Below are positions 10,518 to 20,451 of a DNA stretch of 64,000 nucleotides, one piece after another (the stretch's first letter is position 1; every line of letters starts with the position of its first letter). Origin of the DNA: an uncultured Alphaproteobacteria bacterium (lineage in GTDB: Bacteria; Pseudomonadota; Alphaproteobacteria; Rhizobiales; Rhodomicrobiaceae); contig CAVSIA010000038.1 in NCBI GenBank assembly GCA_963727575.1, forward strand, positions 83,551 to 147,550. Reading direction: 5' to 3'. The notes beneath the pieces are model-generated. The model worked only from the letters and a program-made list of their open reading frames with translations. It had not been told where the DNA came from and made no database searches. The position numbers and the translations under genes were made by a program.

Positions 10518-11303
10518 TCAAACTCCCTTCGACGCGGGATTTCCCCCGTAAGGGGCCCAGCCCTGCAGGGCAAGAAAGCCGCCGTCGCACGGCACGGTGC
10601 AGCCGACGATTGCACCGGATTGCGGCGACAGCAGAAACCGGATGACTTCGGCGACCTCCTCGGGGCGCAGCAGGGTGCCGGTCACGGTCGTCCGCGCCAG
10701 GGCGCCCATGTCCCGGACCTGCCCCTCTTTCTTCTTGCGGGTGAGGAAGGGCGTGTCGGTCCAGCCCGGCGCGACGGCGTTGACGCGCACGCCCTTGTGT
10801 CCGAATTCGCCCGCCAGGATCGTGGTCAGATTGACGATCGCGGCCTTTGCCGGCGCGTAGGCGTATGTCGGCCCTGGGCTGAAAGCGGTCACGGACGCCA
10901 CGTTGACGATCGCTCCGCCCTTGCCGTGTTCGGCCATGCGGCCGGCAAACTCCCGGCAGGTCAGGAACGTCCCCTTCAGATGTGAGCCGACGACGACGTC
11001 CCATTCGTCCACCGGCATTTCATTGGCGAGGCCCGGCACTTGCGGCGCGCCCGCGCAGCAGACCAGGCCCGAGATCGGGCCGAAATCGCGTTCGACACTG
11101 TCGGCAGCGGCGGCGAGACTGCCGGCGTCGACGGCATTGCAGGCATAGGCTTGCGCGCCGCTGGGGAAACTCTCCGCAGCCGCCTTGCACCGGTCGAAAT
11201 CGATGTCCAGCAGCGCAACGCGGCCACCGCCCTCGTGAACCAGCCGCGCGGTCGCCAGGCCGATACCGCTGGCGCCCCCCGTTATGACCGTTACCCCATG
11301 CAT
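10518..11303 (-). CDS. SDR-family oxidoreductase
   Basis: VITGGASGIG, NVAS..., YAYAPAKAA motifs. A GAGGA RBS lies about 7 nt upstream. Confidence 0.75.
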   Translation of the reverse strand: MHGVTVITGGASGIGLATARLVHEGGGRVALLDIDFDRCKAAAESFPSGAQAYACNAVDAGSLAAAADSVERDFGPISGLVCCAGAPQVPGLANEMPVDEWDVVVGSHLKGTFLTCREFAGRMAEHGKGGAIVNVASVTAFSPGPTYAYAPAKAAIVNLTTILAGEFGHKGVRVNAVAPGWTDTPFLTRKKKEGQVRDMGALARTTVTGTLLRPEEVAEVIRFLLSPQSGAIVGCTVPCDGGFLALQGWAPYGGNPASKGV

Positions 11304-11313
11304 GGGAGGTTCC

Positions 11314-12586
11314 TCATTTCACGAACATCAAGGAAAGCTGCGGGACGAAGGTGATGATCAGTAGCGTGACGATCAGCACGGCAACATAGGCCATGGCCGT
11401 CCGCGCAATCTCCGAGAATGGCGCCCCCGACATGGCCGAGGCGACGAACAGGTTGAGACCGATCGGCGGGGTGATGAACCCGACAGCGAGCGTCGAGACG
11501 ATGATGACGCCGAAATGGATCGGATTGAAGCCCATCTGCGTTCCGATCGGCACCAGGATCGGCGACAGCAGCAGGATGTTGGGCGCCGCCTCCATGATGC
11601 ATCCGACGATCAGCAGCAGCACCAGGATCGCAAGGGTCCGCAGGAAATTGCTGTCCGAAAAGCTCATGAAGAAGTCGAGCATGGCCGCCGGAATCCGGAG
11701 CATGGCGATGTTCTGCGAGAACACCAGGGCGATGGCGACGACGGGAGCGATCAGACCACAGATCTGTGCGCTTCTGTTCAGGACCGCGGGCACCGAGCGT
11801 AAATTGATCTGGCGGGTCACGAACAACCCGACGCACAGGCAGTAGACCGCCGCAACGGCCCCCGCCTCGGTGGGCGTGAAGATGCCGGCATAGATCCCGA
11901 TAAGGATGATGGCGACAGCGCCGATCGCCCATTTCGTGCCGTATGCCGTCCGGCCGAGATTGCCCCAGGTGAACGGTGTGCTCAGGCCATATCCCCGGCG
12001 CTTGCAGATAACCCAGGCCGTAACGGCCATGACGGCGACCATCAGCAGGCCGGGCAGGATGCCGGCGATGAACAGGTCGCTGACGCTTACCCCGACGGTG
12101 ACGCCGTAGAGCACGAAGGCGATGCTGGGCGGGATGATGATGCCGACCACGCCGCCCGGCGGCAACCGTGCCGGCGGCGAAGGACCGTGGATACCCCTCT
12201 TCCTTCATCGTCGGCAGCACGACCCGGCCGACGGTGGCGACCGTCGCCGCGTTCGACCCGCTGATGGCGGCGAAGATGCCGGACGCGACGAGCGTGGCGA
12301 GCGCAAGACCGCCGCTGAGCCATCCCACTGCGGCGCGCGAGAAGCGCATGATCTGGTGGGCGATGCCGCCCGCGGCGATCAGGTCGCCGGTGACGACGAA
12401 CAGCGGCAGCGCGATCAGCGGAAACAGATTGAGCGAGTCGAACATCGTCAGACTGATGTTCATCAGCGGAAACTGCTTCGTGACCAGCGTCAGCAGGATC
12501 GCGCCGATCCCGAGCACGGTGACGACCTCAACGCCTGCGAAGAACAGCACGGTGAGCAGAATGATGATCCAGTCAAGGCTTCCCAT
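11314..12586 (-). CDS. dctM: TRAP transporter large permease DctM; frameshift near 12170
   Basis: The N-terminal 140 aa (ORF 11291..12586) and the C-terminal 283 aa (ORF 11314..12165) are both clear DctM sequence in different frames and join at ...MKEEGYP. Confidence 0.75.
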
Positions 12587-12620
12587 CGTCGATTATCTCA
12601 CCAGCGTTAATGCCGAGCGC

Positions 12621-13136
12621 TCAGTCCAGTGCGGCAAATTCCATGATCAGAGGTTCGTTGGCGCGATAGCGGATGATCGAATCGATCGAACGCTGCACGA
12701 CGCGGATCGACACCAGCAGCCAACCGAACGGTATCGCCGCCGTCGCCAACCAAAGCGGGAGATTCACGCCCATCATCTGCTGCTCGAACATCACGTTGTC
12801 GGCGATCGGCTGATAGATGTAGATGATGACGACCGCGCTCAGCGCCAGGAGGCAGACGTCGGCAAGCAGAAGCATCGCGAGCTGTGCCGGAGGCGGCAGC
12901 GCGTCCCTTATGGCGGTAAATGCGAGATGCGAGCGCGACCTGGCGAGGCCGGCCATCGAGATGTAGGTCAGCCAGATGAACGCGTAGATGCTGGTTTCCT
13001 CCGCCCACAGAATGGACGAGCCGAAACCGTAGCGGGCGACCACCTCGCCGAACACGACGGCAATGATGTAGATGTAGAGCAGCACGCCGAGCACGAATTC
13101 GACGTTCTTGTCGATGGCGGCGATGATCGAGCGCAT
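12621..13136 (-). CDS. dctQ: TRAP transporter small permease DctQ
   Basis: 171-aa protein with four TM helices, starting MRSIIAAIDKNVEF, inside ORF 12621..13520. An intergenic 9-bp-stem hairpin sits immediately upstream. Confidence 0.7.
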   Translation of the reverse strand: MRSIIAAIDKNVEFVLGVLLYIYIIAVVFGEVVARYGFGSSILWAEETSIYAFIWLTYISMAGLARSRSHLAFTAIRDALPPPAQLAMLLLADVCLLALSAVVIIYIYQPIADNVMFEQQMMGVNLPLWLATAAIPFGWLLVSIRVVQRSIDSIIRYRANEPLIMEFAALD

Positions 13137-13149
13137 GAGGGTCTCCCGA

Positions 13150-14394
13150 AGGCCAAGAACCGGTCCGCAGCGGTTGCGGACCGGCATCGTCAATGCTACT
13201 TCCACCAGCGCCGCGGCGTCGGATCGCCGGACTGCGCCAGCCTTGGCCACCAGCTCGTATTCCTTGCGGCCATATTGGTCGATGAGGCCGTTGAGCTTGT
13301 CCTTGTTGCGCTCGACGGACAGGTAGTCCTTCCACTCGGCGCGTTCGCCGTCGGTCAGATTGATGATCTTGGTGTTGCCGGCTTTCCAGCCGACCTTGGG
13401 CGAGTTCGGGCTTGACGCCGATGGCGTCGCGCAGCATCGGCTCGAAGTCGTCGTAGATCTTCTTCTGCACGACGAACGCGGCTTCCATGATGACGTCTTT
13501 GAGCTCGGGCGGGAGGGCATCCACCCAGCTCGTGTTCAGCCAGATGCCATCGGAATTGTACATCCATCCCGTATCGACGATCTGCCCGATGACCGGGGCC
13601 ATGCCGCCGTCATAGACCGATGTCGGCGAGACATGGATGCCGTCGACCGCGCCGTCCTTCAGTGCCGTGAACACTTCCGACCAGGCGATCGGCGTGCCGT
13701 TGGCCGGCAGGATCTCGAATGCGGCCTGTTCCAGCTTGGACCCGGTGACGCGCATCTTCATGGCGTCGAGATCGGCGGGCTTCCTGACTTCCTTCTGCAC
13801 GGTCTGCGACATCTCCAGCCAGCGCGGCACCGGAAGCAGGAAGGCCAGCATCAGCCGGCGCTTGGCCGAATCGGCCCGCACCGTGTCGTTGAATTCCTTG
13901 CTGAAATAGACCTTCCAGGCATTCTCCTGCGCTCCGATCGCATAGGGCACGTCGGTGACGTTCCAGATCGGCGCGAGCTGGGCGGCATTCTGGGTCGAGC
14001 AGGAGCCGCCCTGAATGATGCCTTGCTGGACCTTCTTCAGCGCCGTGGTCTGCGAGCCGAGCGCTCCGGCGTCGTGAATGTCGACGTAGATCTGGCCGTT
14101 GCTCTTCTCCTCGACCTCCTGCTTGAATTCGGGCGAGCCGATGATCCAGGTCGAATGCTTGATGACCGGCCGGTCCGGAAATTTGTTCAGCGTGCCGTCG
14201 AGGCCGAGCGTGAGCACATGCTTGGCGGCGGCCTTCTTCTCCGCTTCGCTCGCGGCGGCCTCGGCGAAGCTCAGCGCTCCGCGGGCAAACATGTAGGTCA
14301 TGCCGACGCTGGCGACCGCCGCGCCATATTTGGCGGAGATCTTAAGTGCTTCGCGGCGGGTCAGTATGTTACGGGGATGTTTCGGGCTTCCCAT
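13150..14394 (-). CDS. dctP: TRAP transporter substrate-binding protein DctP with Tat-type signal; frameshifts near 13395 and 13160
   Basis: MGSPKHPRNILTRREALK... signal, then a DctP-family fold (ORF 12607..14394 as far as ...AIGVKPE). The C-terminal 80 aa (KIINLTDGERAEWKDYL...YELVAKAGAV) are in the frame of ORF 12621..13520. A GGGAGGA RBS lies 5 nt upstream of the ATG. Confidence 0.7.
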
Positions 14395-14428
14395 TTCGTC
14401 CTCCCTGGGTTCATTCAGTTGCCGGAGG

Positions 14429-15943
14429 TCACCGATCTTTCGCCGGTTGACCTTGGGGGTTCCATTCGATCTGCGGAATGTTGGTGATCGGCGGCGGTGG
14501 CCAGTGGTTACCGCGCTGCGCGGAGAGGGTCCGATTGCCGCCGGGCGTAAACGGTTTGGCGGGCAGGCCTTTCAACACGCCGTTCTCGGCCCAGGCTTCG
14601 TCACCGCCGTAAAGCTCGGCGATGAGCAACGCGGTCAGCTTGCGCCGCACATCGGCATAGCGCTCATCGTCGGCGATATTGACTTCCTCGGTCCTGTCTT
14701 CCTTGAGATCGAACAGGAGAACCGCGTTGCCGACAGGGTAATAGATCAGCTTAAAGTGGCCGTCGCTGACCATGCGCGAGGCGTGATCGTCATCGGCGAC
14801 TTCGCAATAGATGTAGTCGCGCCGCTTGTCGCCGATCGCGGATATGCCTTCCGCATGCGCAGGGATCGGGATGTCGCAAAGGTCGAGCAAGGTCGGCATG
14901 ATGTCGGCCCACCCAACCAGCCGGTCGTCGACTTTCCCTTCCGGCACGCGGGCGCTCCCGCGCGCCCCGATCAGCAGCAGCGGCACGTTCACCGATGGCT
15001 GGAACAGCACGCGCTTGGCCCACATGTCGTGGTCTCCGAGCATATCGCCGTGGTCGGACGTGAAGCAGATGATGGTGTTGTCCAGCAGTCCCTCTTCCCG
15101 AAGCGTTCCGATCAGCACACGGATCTGGTGGTCGAGATGGGTGCAGAGGGCGTAAAAGGCGCGGCGAATGTCCCGCACGGCGGTGGCGTTGAACTTGCGG
15201 CCGCGTGTGATCGAAGACTGCAACGCGAATGGCAGGTCGTCGAGATTCCGGCTCCACGCCCCTTTGCGCGGCTCGTCGATTTCGACATCCCGGTACATGT
15301 CGAGATAGTCACGGAGCGGCACCATCGGCGGATGCGGATGCCGGTAGGAGCAGTACCAGAACGCCGGGCGCGTCGGGTCGCGGCGCTTGATCGTGCGCGT
15401 CATCTGCTGCGTCGCCCAATTGGTGGCGTGCAGCTCTTCCGGCAAATGCCAGGGCCGGTTGACGTAGTCGTTGTTGCTCATGCCATGCATGAACTGGGCG
15501 CCCGGATGCCCCTTCTCCGCGAGGAACATCTCATAGTCGTCGGTGACGCCGTAGAGGGTGCGTCCTTCCTCGTCGAGGATGACGTCGTCGAAGCCGATGC
15601 GATTGCGCTGGGGATAGACGTGCAGCTTGCCGACAGCGAAAGCCTGATAGCCCGCATCCCGGAAGCATTGCGCCATTGTCGGCACATCCGGCATTTCGAG
15701 CTTTTCCTTGTACATCCTGTCGCCGTGGCTGCGCGGCGTCAGGCTCGTATGCAGCGTGCGCCTGGCGGGGATGCACACCGGACATTCGGTCATGGCATTG
15801 GTGAAGCGGATGCCGCAGCGGGCGAGTTCATCGAGCGATGGCGTCTTGATCGCCGGATGCCCGGCTATACCGAGCAGGTCCGCCGGCCAGTGATCGGTGC
15901 AAATCAGAAGGACATTCGGCCTTGCGGCTCCGTCGTTCGCCAT
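14429..15943 (-). CDS. sulfatase-family hydrolase (arylsulfatase/choline-sulfatase-like, Cys-type)
   Basis: 504 aa. N-terminal NVLLICTDHWP, C-x-P-x-R-like maturation site (CIPARRT), and a conserved GKLHVY... core. Confidence 0.8.
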   Translation of the reverse strand: MANDGAARPNVLLICTDHWPADLLGIAGHPAIKTPSLDELARCGIRFTNAMTECPVCIPARRTLHTSLTPRSHGDRMYKEKLEMPDVPTMAQCFRDAGYQAFAVGKLHVYPQRNRIGFDDVILDEEGRTLYGVTDDYEMFLAEKGHPGAQFMHGMSNNDYVNRPWHLPEELHATNWATQQMTRTIKRRDPTRPAFWYCSYRHPHPPMVPLRDYLDMYRDVEIDEPRKGAWSRNLDDLPFALQSSITRGRKFNATAVRDIRRAFYALCTHLDHQIRVLIGTLREEGLLDNTIICFTSDHGDMLGDHDMWAKRVLFQPSVNVPLLLIGARGSARVPEGKVDDRLVGWADIMPTLLDLCDIPIPAHAEGISAIGDKRRDYIYCEVADDDHASRMVSDGHFKLIYYPVGNAVLLFDLKEDRTEEVNIADDERYADVRRKLTALLIAELYGGDEAWAENGVLKGLPAKPFTPGGNRTLSAQRGNHWPPPPITNIPQIEWNPQGQPAKDR

Positions 15944-16015
15944 TTCCTCACCTGTTGTTTTCTTGTTTTTGTTTGATCCGCGCCGGTTTTCCCGGCGGCA
16001 GCACGCTCATCGTCG

Positions 16016-17323
16016 TCAGTCAGCCGCCTCCGCATACGGAACGTTCCGGCCGCCATAGCGGCGGACGCGGATATTGGCCTGCTCGGCATGTCCGCGGAAG
16101 CCTTCCAACATGCAAAGCCGCGAGCAATATGCGCCGACCATCGCCGACGCCTCATCGGTCTCCACCTTCTGCCAGGAGCATGTCTTGAGAAACTTGCCGA
16201 CCCACAATCCGCCGGTGTAGCGCGCCGCGCCCATCGTCGGCAGCGTATGGTTGGTGCCGATGACCTTATCGCCATAGGCGACATTCGTACGTGGTCCCAT
16301 GAACATCGCGCCGAAATTGGTCAGATTGTCCCGGAACCAGTCATCCCGATCCGTCATCACCTGGACGTGCTCGGAGGCGATGCGGTCAGCCTCGGCGAGC
16401 ATCTCTTCGTAGGAGTCGCAGACGATCACCTCGCCGTAATCGGCCCAGGACTGGCGGGCGATTTCAGCGGTCGGCAGGATTGTGAGGAGCCGCTCGACCT
16501 CGGCGATGGTTTCCCTGGCCAGTTTCTCCGAATTGGTCAGCAGGATCGAGGGCGAGGTCGGTCCATGCTCGGCCTGGCCGAGAAGGTCAGTCGCGCAGAT
16601 CTCGGCGTCGACCGTCTCGTCGGCGATCACCAAGGTCTCGGTCGGCCCCGCTAGAAGATCGATCCCGACGCGGCCGAACAGCTGGCGCTTGGCTTCGGCG
16701 ACATAGGCGTTGCCGGGGCCGGTCAGCATATCGACCGGGTCGACGGTCTCGGTCCCCAAAGCCATTGCGCCGATGGCCTGGACACCGCCAAGGACCAGGA
16801 TCTGATCGGCACCTGCCAAGTGCATCGCCGCGACGATCGCCGGATGCGCTCCGCCTTTATAGGGCGGCGCGGTGGCGACGATCCGCTTCACGCCGGCGAC
16901 TTTCGCGGTGACGACGCTCATATGGGCCGAGGCCACCATCGGGTAGCGCCCGCTCGGCACATAGCAGCCGACGGCGCCGACGGGGACGTTGCGGTGTCCG
17001 AGGATCACGCCCGGCAGGGTCTCGACTTCCAGATCCGTCAGGCATTCCTTCTGGCGTTCGGCGAAGTTCCGGATCTGCGCCTGCGCGAACCGAATGTCCT
17101 CCAGATCGCGGGCGGCGACCTGGGCGACGGCGTCCTCGATTTGTTTCGGGCTGAGGATGAAAGAGTCCGGGCTCCAGTCGTCCAGACGCTGGGACAGGTC
17201 GCGGACAGCCGCATCGCCGCGGCGGCTGATGTCGGCGAGAATGGTCTCGACGGTTTCGCGAACTCTCGCGTCCGCTTCAGCCTTCTCGTCAGCTCCAATT
17301 CCGCGTTTCAGATACCGGGTCAT
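16016..17323 (-). CDS. histidinol dehydrogenase family protein (HisD paralogue; HpsN / sulfopropanediol-3-dehydrogenase-like)
   Basis: 435 aa with the HisD-family fold throughout. Its genomic context (sulfatase, TRAP, sulfonate genes) argues for a paralogue rather than the histidine-biosynthesis enzyme. Confidence 0.75.
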   Translation of the reverse strand: MTRYLKRGIGADEKAEADARVRETVETILADISRRGDAAVRDLSQRLDDWSPDSFILSPKQIEDAVAQVAARDLEDIRFAQAQIRNFAERQKECLTDLEVETLPGVILGHRNVPVGAVGCYVPSGRYPMVASAHMSVVTAKVAGVKRIVATAPPYKGGAHPAIVAAMHLAGADQILVLGGVQAIGAMALGTETVDPVDMLTGPGNAYVAEAKRQLFGRVGIDLLAGPTETLVIADETVDAEICATDLLGQAEHGPTSPSILLTNSEKLARETIAEVERLLTILPTAEIARQSWADYGEVIVCDSYEEMLAEADRIASEHVQVMTDRDDWFRDNLTNFGAMFMGPRTNVAYGDKVIGTNHTLPTMGAARYTGGLWVGKFLKTCSWQKVETDEASAMVGAYCSRLCMLEGFRGHAEQANIRVRRYGGRNVPYAEAAD

Positions 17324-17352
17324 TTCACACCTGATTGAGCTGTGTTAAGACT

Positions 17353-17366
17353 TGCAAACGTATGCA
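17353..17366. promoter_or_regulatory. LacI-type operator TGCAAACGTATGCA in the divergent promoter region between the HisD-like operon and FGE
   Basis: Matches the LacI-family consensus TGnAAnCGnTTnCA. The same motif recurs near 20369 and 33145. Confidence 0.4.
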
Positions 17367-17498
17367 GGACTTGTCAAGCGACTTCGCGCATCGCGATTTT
17401 GAGAAGGCACGGTGCTGACGAATGCGAGAAAAATCGCTGCAATAGCGAGCGGGCATGTGCTTCAATGACGCCGCGCGCGGCACCCAGGCATTGGAAGA

Positions 17499-18380
17499 AT
17501 GATGAGCGACAGCAGTAGGTTAGGCATTCGAGAGGCAGGGAACGTCGTCAGTCTGCCGGGCGGTGAGACCGTGGTCGGAACATCGCATCCGGTGATCGCA
17601 GCGGACGGCGAAGGGCCTGGCCGCCGCGTGAAGCTGCGTCCGTCTCGGATCGGCCGGTACGCCGTCACCAATGCCGAGTTCGGCGCCTTCGCAAAGGCGA
17701 CGGGCTACCTCACGGACGCCGAGCGCTTTGGCTGGTCCTATGTGTTTTACCTGCTGCTGCCGGAAGACCGGCGCGCCGGTCCGGTGCCGGAGGGGACCAG
17801 TTGGTGGCGCGTCGTCGAAGGGGCCAGCTGGCACGCACCGGAGGGACCGGATTCGTCGGTCGATGGACGACAGAACCATCCCGCCGTGCACATGTCCTGG
17901 AACGACGCTAGCGCGTTCGCCGTCTGGGCCGGAGGCCGCCTGCCGACGGAAGCCGAATGGGAGCACGCGGCGCGGGGCGGCCTTCCAAACCCAAAATTTC
18001 CCTGGGGCGATGACGAACCGGATGATGAAACCGTCTTCTGCAACATCTGGCAGGGACGCTTTCCCGACCAGAACACGCTGCGGGACGGCTATCTCGGCGC
18101 AGCCCCCGTCGACAGCTTCGCCCCGAACGGTTACGGGCTCCACAATATGTCGGGCAATATCTGGGAATGGTGCGCCGACGCATTCCGTATCCGCTCGCTT
18201 TCGAAGAGCGCCAAAAAGCGCAACGCCCTCGCCGCCGCGGAAAACGAGCGCGTGGTCAAGGGCGGATCGTATCTCTGCCACCGAAGCTATTGCTACCGCT
18301 ACCGCATCGCAGCACGCAGCGGCCGCAGCCCAGACACCTCGGCCGGAAACACCGGCTTCCGGATCGCCTTCGATCTTTGA
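17499..18380 (+). CDS. formylglycine-generating enzyme (FGE/SUMF1 family, sulfatase-maturating)
   Basis: 293 aa with typical FGE motifs (RLPTEAEWEHAARGG, GNIWEWCAD, GGSYLCHRSYCYRYR). Confidence 0.8.
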   Translation: MMSDSSRLGIREAGNVVSLPGGETVVGTSHPVIAADGEGPGRRVKLRPSRIGRYAVTNAEFGAFAKATGYLTDAERFGWSYVFYLLLPEDRRAGPVPEGTSWWRVVEGASWHAPEGPDSSVDGRQNHPAVHMSWNDASAFAVWAGGRLPTEAEWEHAARGGLPNPKFPWGDDEPDDETVFCNIWQGRFPDQNTLRDGYLGAAPVDSFAPNGYGLHNMSGNIWEWCADAFRIRSLSKSAKKRNALAAAENERVVKGGSYLCHRSYCYRYRIAARSGRSPDTSAGNTGFRIAFDL

Positions 18381-18415
18381 ACGCCGCTCCCATGCGAGCG
18401 CCTAAACGAACCGAA

Positions 18416-19927
18416 ATGGGGAGGAAAACCTTGTCAGATCCGAAGCAAGCGGGGGTTGGCGCCGTCACTGCCAGTTCCGCCGAGGCCGCCGAAGCCGGCG
18501 AAACTATCCTGTGCGCCGGCGGCAATGCGGTCGACGCTGCCGTCGCCACCGCGCTCGCATCCTGCGTCACCGATCCGTGCAACACCGGCCTCGGCGGCTA
18601 TGGCGGCCACATGGTCATTGCACAGGACGGCCCGCCGATATGCGTCGATTTCAATGCCTGGACGCCGGCCGGAACCGAGGCGTCCGCGCCGCGCGCCGGG
18701 ATCGGCGCCAGCACCGCGCCGAGTGTGGTCGCCGGATTGTCGGTCGCGCTCGACCGGTTCGGCTCGATGGATTGGGCGCAAGTGAGCGCGCCAGCGATCG
18801 CCCTGGCGGAGCGCGGCGTAAAAACCAACGCAGCGACCTCTCGCGCATTCGACCAGGCCAAAGGCGCGGCTGTTCTCGCCGAATGCTTCGTGTTCGACGA
18901 AACCGCGGCCGGCGTCACCTTCCGCCAGCCCTTGCTGGCAAAAACGCTGCGTACCCTCGCCGATCAGGGCGCCGGCTGGTTTTATCACGGCCCTAACGCC
19001 GAGCTCGGCAGCCGGCTGCTGAGCGACAATGGCCGTCCGGTCACGCCCGATCAGTGGCGCAATGCCGTCGACGCCGTGGGCGTTGCGTCCGCCCCGTCGC
19101 TGCGGGTGGGCGACACAGTCCTTTACTCGGCGCCGCTGCGCACCAGCGGTTCCCCTTGCATGTTCGCGACCGCGGCGGCGGGGGCCGGGATCGCAGAGTG
19201 CCAGAAGCTCGGATCTCCCGCCGCCGTCGCCGAATGGGCGAGGACCATGGCCTCGATCTGGAGCTACAGGTTCGGGACCGAAACCGGCAACGCGTTCGAA
19301 AACATCGCTCTCGAACAATGGGTTGCCGTCGCGATAGGCTTCCACGAGCCCGCCAGCCCACGCCTCGGGACCGGACATACCTGCCATCTCAACGCCGCAG
19401 ACAGTCGCGGCGGACGCGTTGCCCTGACGCTGACCCACGGCCCCCGATGGTTCGGCGCGCGATGGGCGCTGCCCGACACCGGCATCGTGATGAACCTGGG
19501 CGGCGCGATGTTCGGCATCCCCGGCCCCGTCGACGGCGAAGGCCGCAGATACGGCGTGACCAACATGTCGCCGACGCTTGCGATGAGCGACAACGGCGCT
19601 CAGATCGCCATTGGCTGCCCCGGCGGCAAGCGCATCCCGGGCATCGTCGCAACCGCGCTGGTCCGGCATTTATTCGCCGGCTTCGGCCTCCAGGAGGCAA
19701 TTTCGCTCGGCCGCTTCCATGCCGAAGATTTGAGCCGGACGACGCTGGAGACCGGGCGATGGGACCAGGCAACGCGCGATGCCTTGGGCGATGTGTTCGC
19801 TGCGGTGGGCGACGAGAAGCCGGAGGAATATTACGGTCCGCTGACCGCAATTGCATACGATCCGGACGGGGCGGTTTCGCTTGGTCTCGACGACCGCTGG
19901 CAGGGCTATGGCACGATCGTTCGCTAA
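18416..19927 (+). CDS. gamma-glutamyltransferase family protein
   Basis: GGT-fold throughout (GGNAVDAAVATALA..., GTGHTCHLNAADSRG Thr-nucleophile region). Start uncertain: Met at 18392 or 18416, or a TTG at 18428 preceded by GGAGG. Confidence 0.7.
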   Translation: MGRKTLSDPKQAGVGAVTASSAEAAEAGETILCAGGNAVDAAVATALASCVTDPCNTGLGGYGGHMVIAQDGPPICVDFNAWTPAGTEASAPRAGIGASTAPSVVAGLSVALDRFGSMDWAQVSAPAIALAERGVKTNAATSRAFDQAKGAAVLAECFVFDETAAGVTFRQPLLAKTLRTLADQGAGWFYHGPNAELGSRLLSDNGRPVTPDQWRNAVDAVGVASAPSLRVGDTVLYSAPLRTSGSPCMFATAAAGAGIAECQKLGSPAAVAEWARTMASIWSYRFGTETGNAFENIALEQWVAVAIGFHEPASPRLGTGHTCHLNAADSRGGRVALTLTHGPRWFGARWALPDTGIVMNLGGAMFGIPGPVDGEGRRYGVTNMSPTLAMSDNGAQIAIGCPGGKRIPGIVATALVRHLFAGFGLQEAISLGRFHAEDLSRTTLETGRWDQATRDALGDVFAAVGDEKPEEYYGPLTAIAYDPDGAVSLGLDDRWQGYGTIVR

Positions 19928-20004
19928 CTTGGGACGGGCCTCCCGCAACGGCGGTGAACGTCTTAGTCCCGGACCCGATTGCGATAATTGTCATCCGCGT
20001 GCGC

Positions 20005-20034
20005 TTGACAGCTTCGCCGGAACGTCCCTATCTT
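20005..20034 (+). promoter_or_regulatory. candidate sigma70-type promoter (TTGACA, 18 nt spacer, TATCTT) for the downstream ABC transporter operon
   Basis: Sequence match only. It lies in a 518 bp intergenic region. Confidence 0.3.
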
Positions 20035-20368
20035 TGGTATTCAATTCGGAAATCGAGACCGTTTGTTTCGATATGCTGTGCCTTAAGGGAAGCGACTTCC
20101 CGATGTCGAACGCCGACGACACCGCCGTCCATGCCCGATCGGAGAGCAGCGAGATCACGCTGCGCGGAGCGTGGAGGTGATGGCCTGGATCTTGGCCGGC
20201 GGGGCCGACACGTCTGGACGAATCGATGCAACCGGGGCGACGCGCGCCCTATCCGAATTCGACGCCTGCTCGTCAGCCGCCGGACGAAAGACAGGCGACA
20301 CACCTTAGCCCGATGGAGATCGCCGCAATCGCTGTGTAATGCACAGCCAAATGTATCAGACGCCAGTT

Positions 20369-20403
20369 TGCAAACGTATGCGTTTTGCCTTTGCAGCAAA
20401 GGC
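20369..20403. promoter_or_regulatory. LacI-type operator TGCAAACGTATGCG followed by a 17-bp perfect palindrome GCCTTTGCAGCAAAGGC, upstream of the sulfonate-type ABC transporter
   Basis: Direct sequence observation. The motif is shared with sites at 17353 and 33145. Confidence 0.4.
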
Positions 20404-20451
20404 GGCGAGGCCAAGCAGGCAATAAGCAATGGGAGGAAAGTCCAATTGGCG

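Noticed and set aside
10516-11004. N-terminal extension of ORF 9604..11004
   Set aside because: The extension is R/G-rich, overlaps the upstream SDR gene, and the dehydrogenase has a canonical Rossmann start at MDVAFIGLG (10515).
14300-15976. 558-aa + strand ORF
   Set aside because: Antisense to the sulfatase gene. It has no recognisable domains and an R/G/A-rich composition.
19054-20451. N-terminal 466 codons of the long ORF 19054..21279
   Set aside because: This portion overlaps the GGT gene in another frame and is Arg-rich junk. The recognisable permease begins at 20452, with a TTG at 20446 as an alternative.
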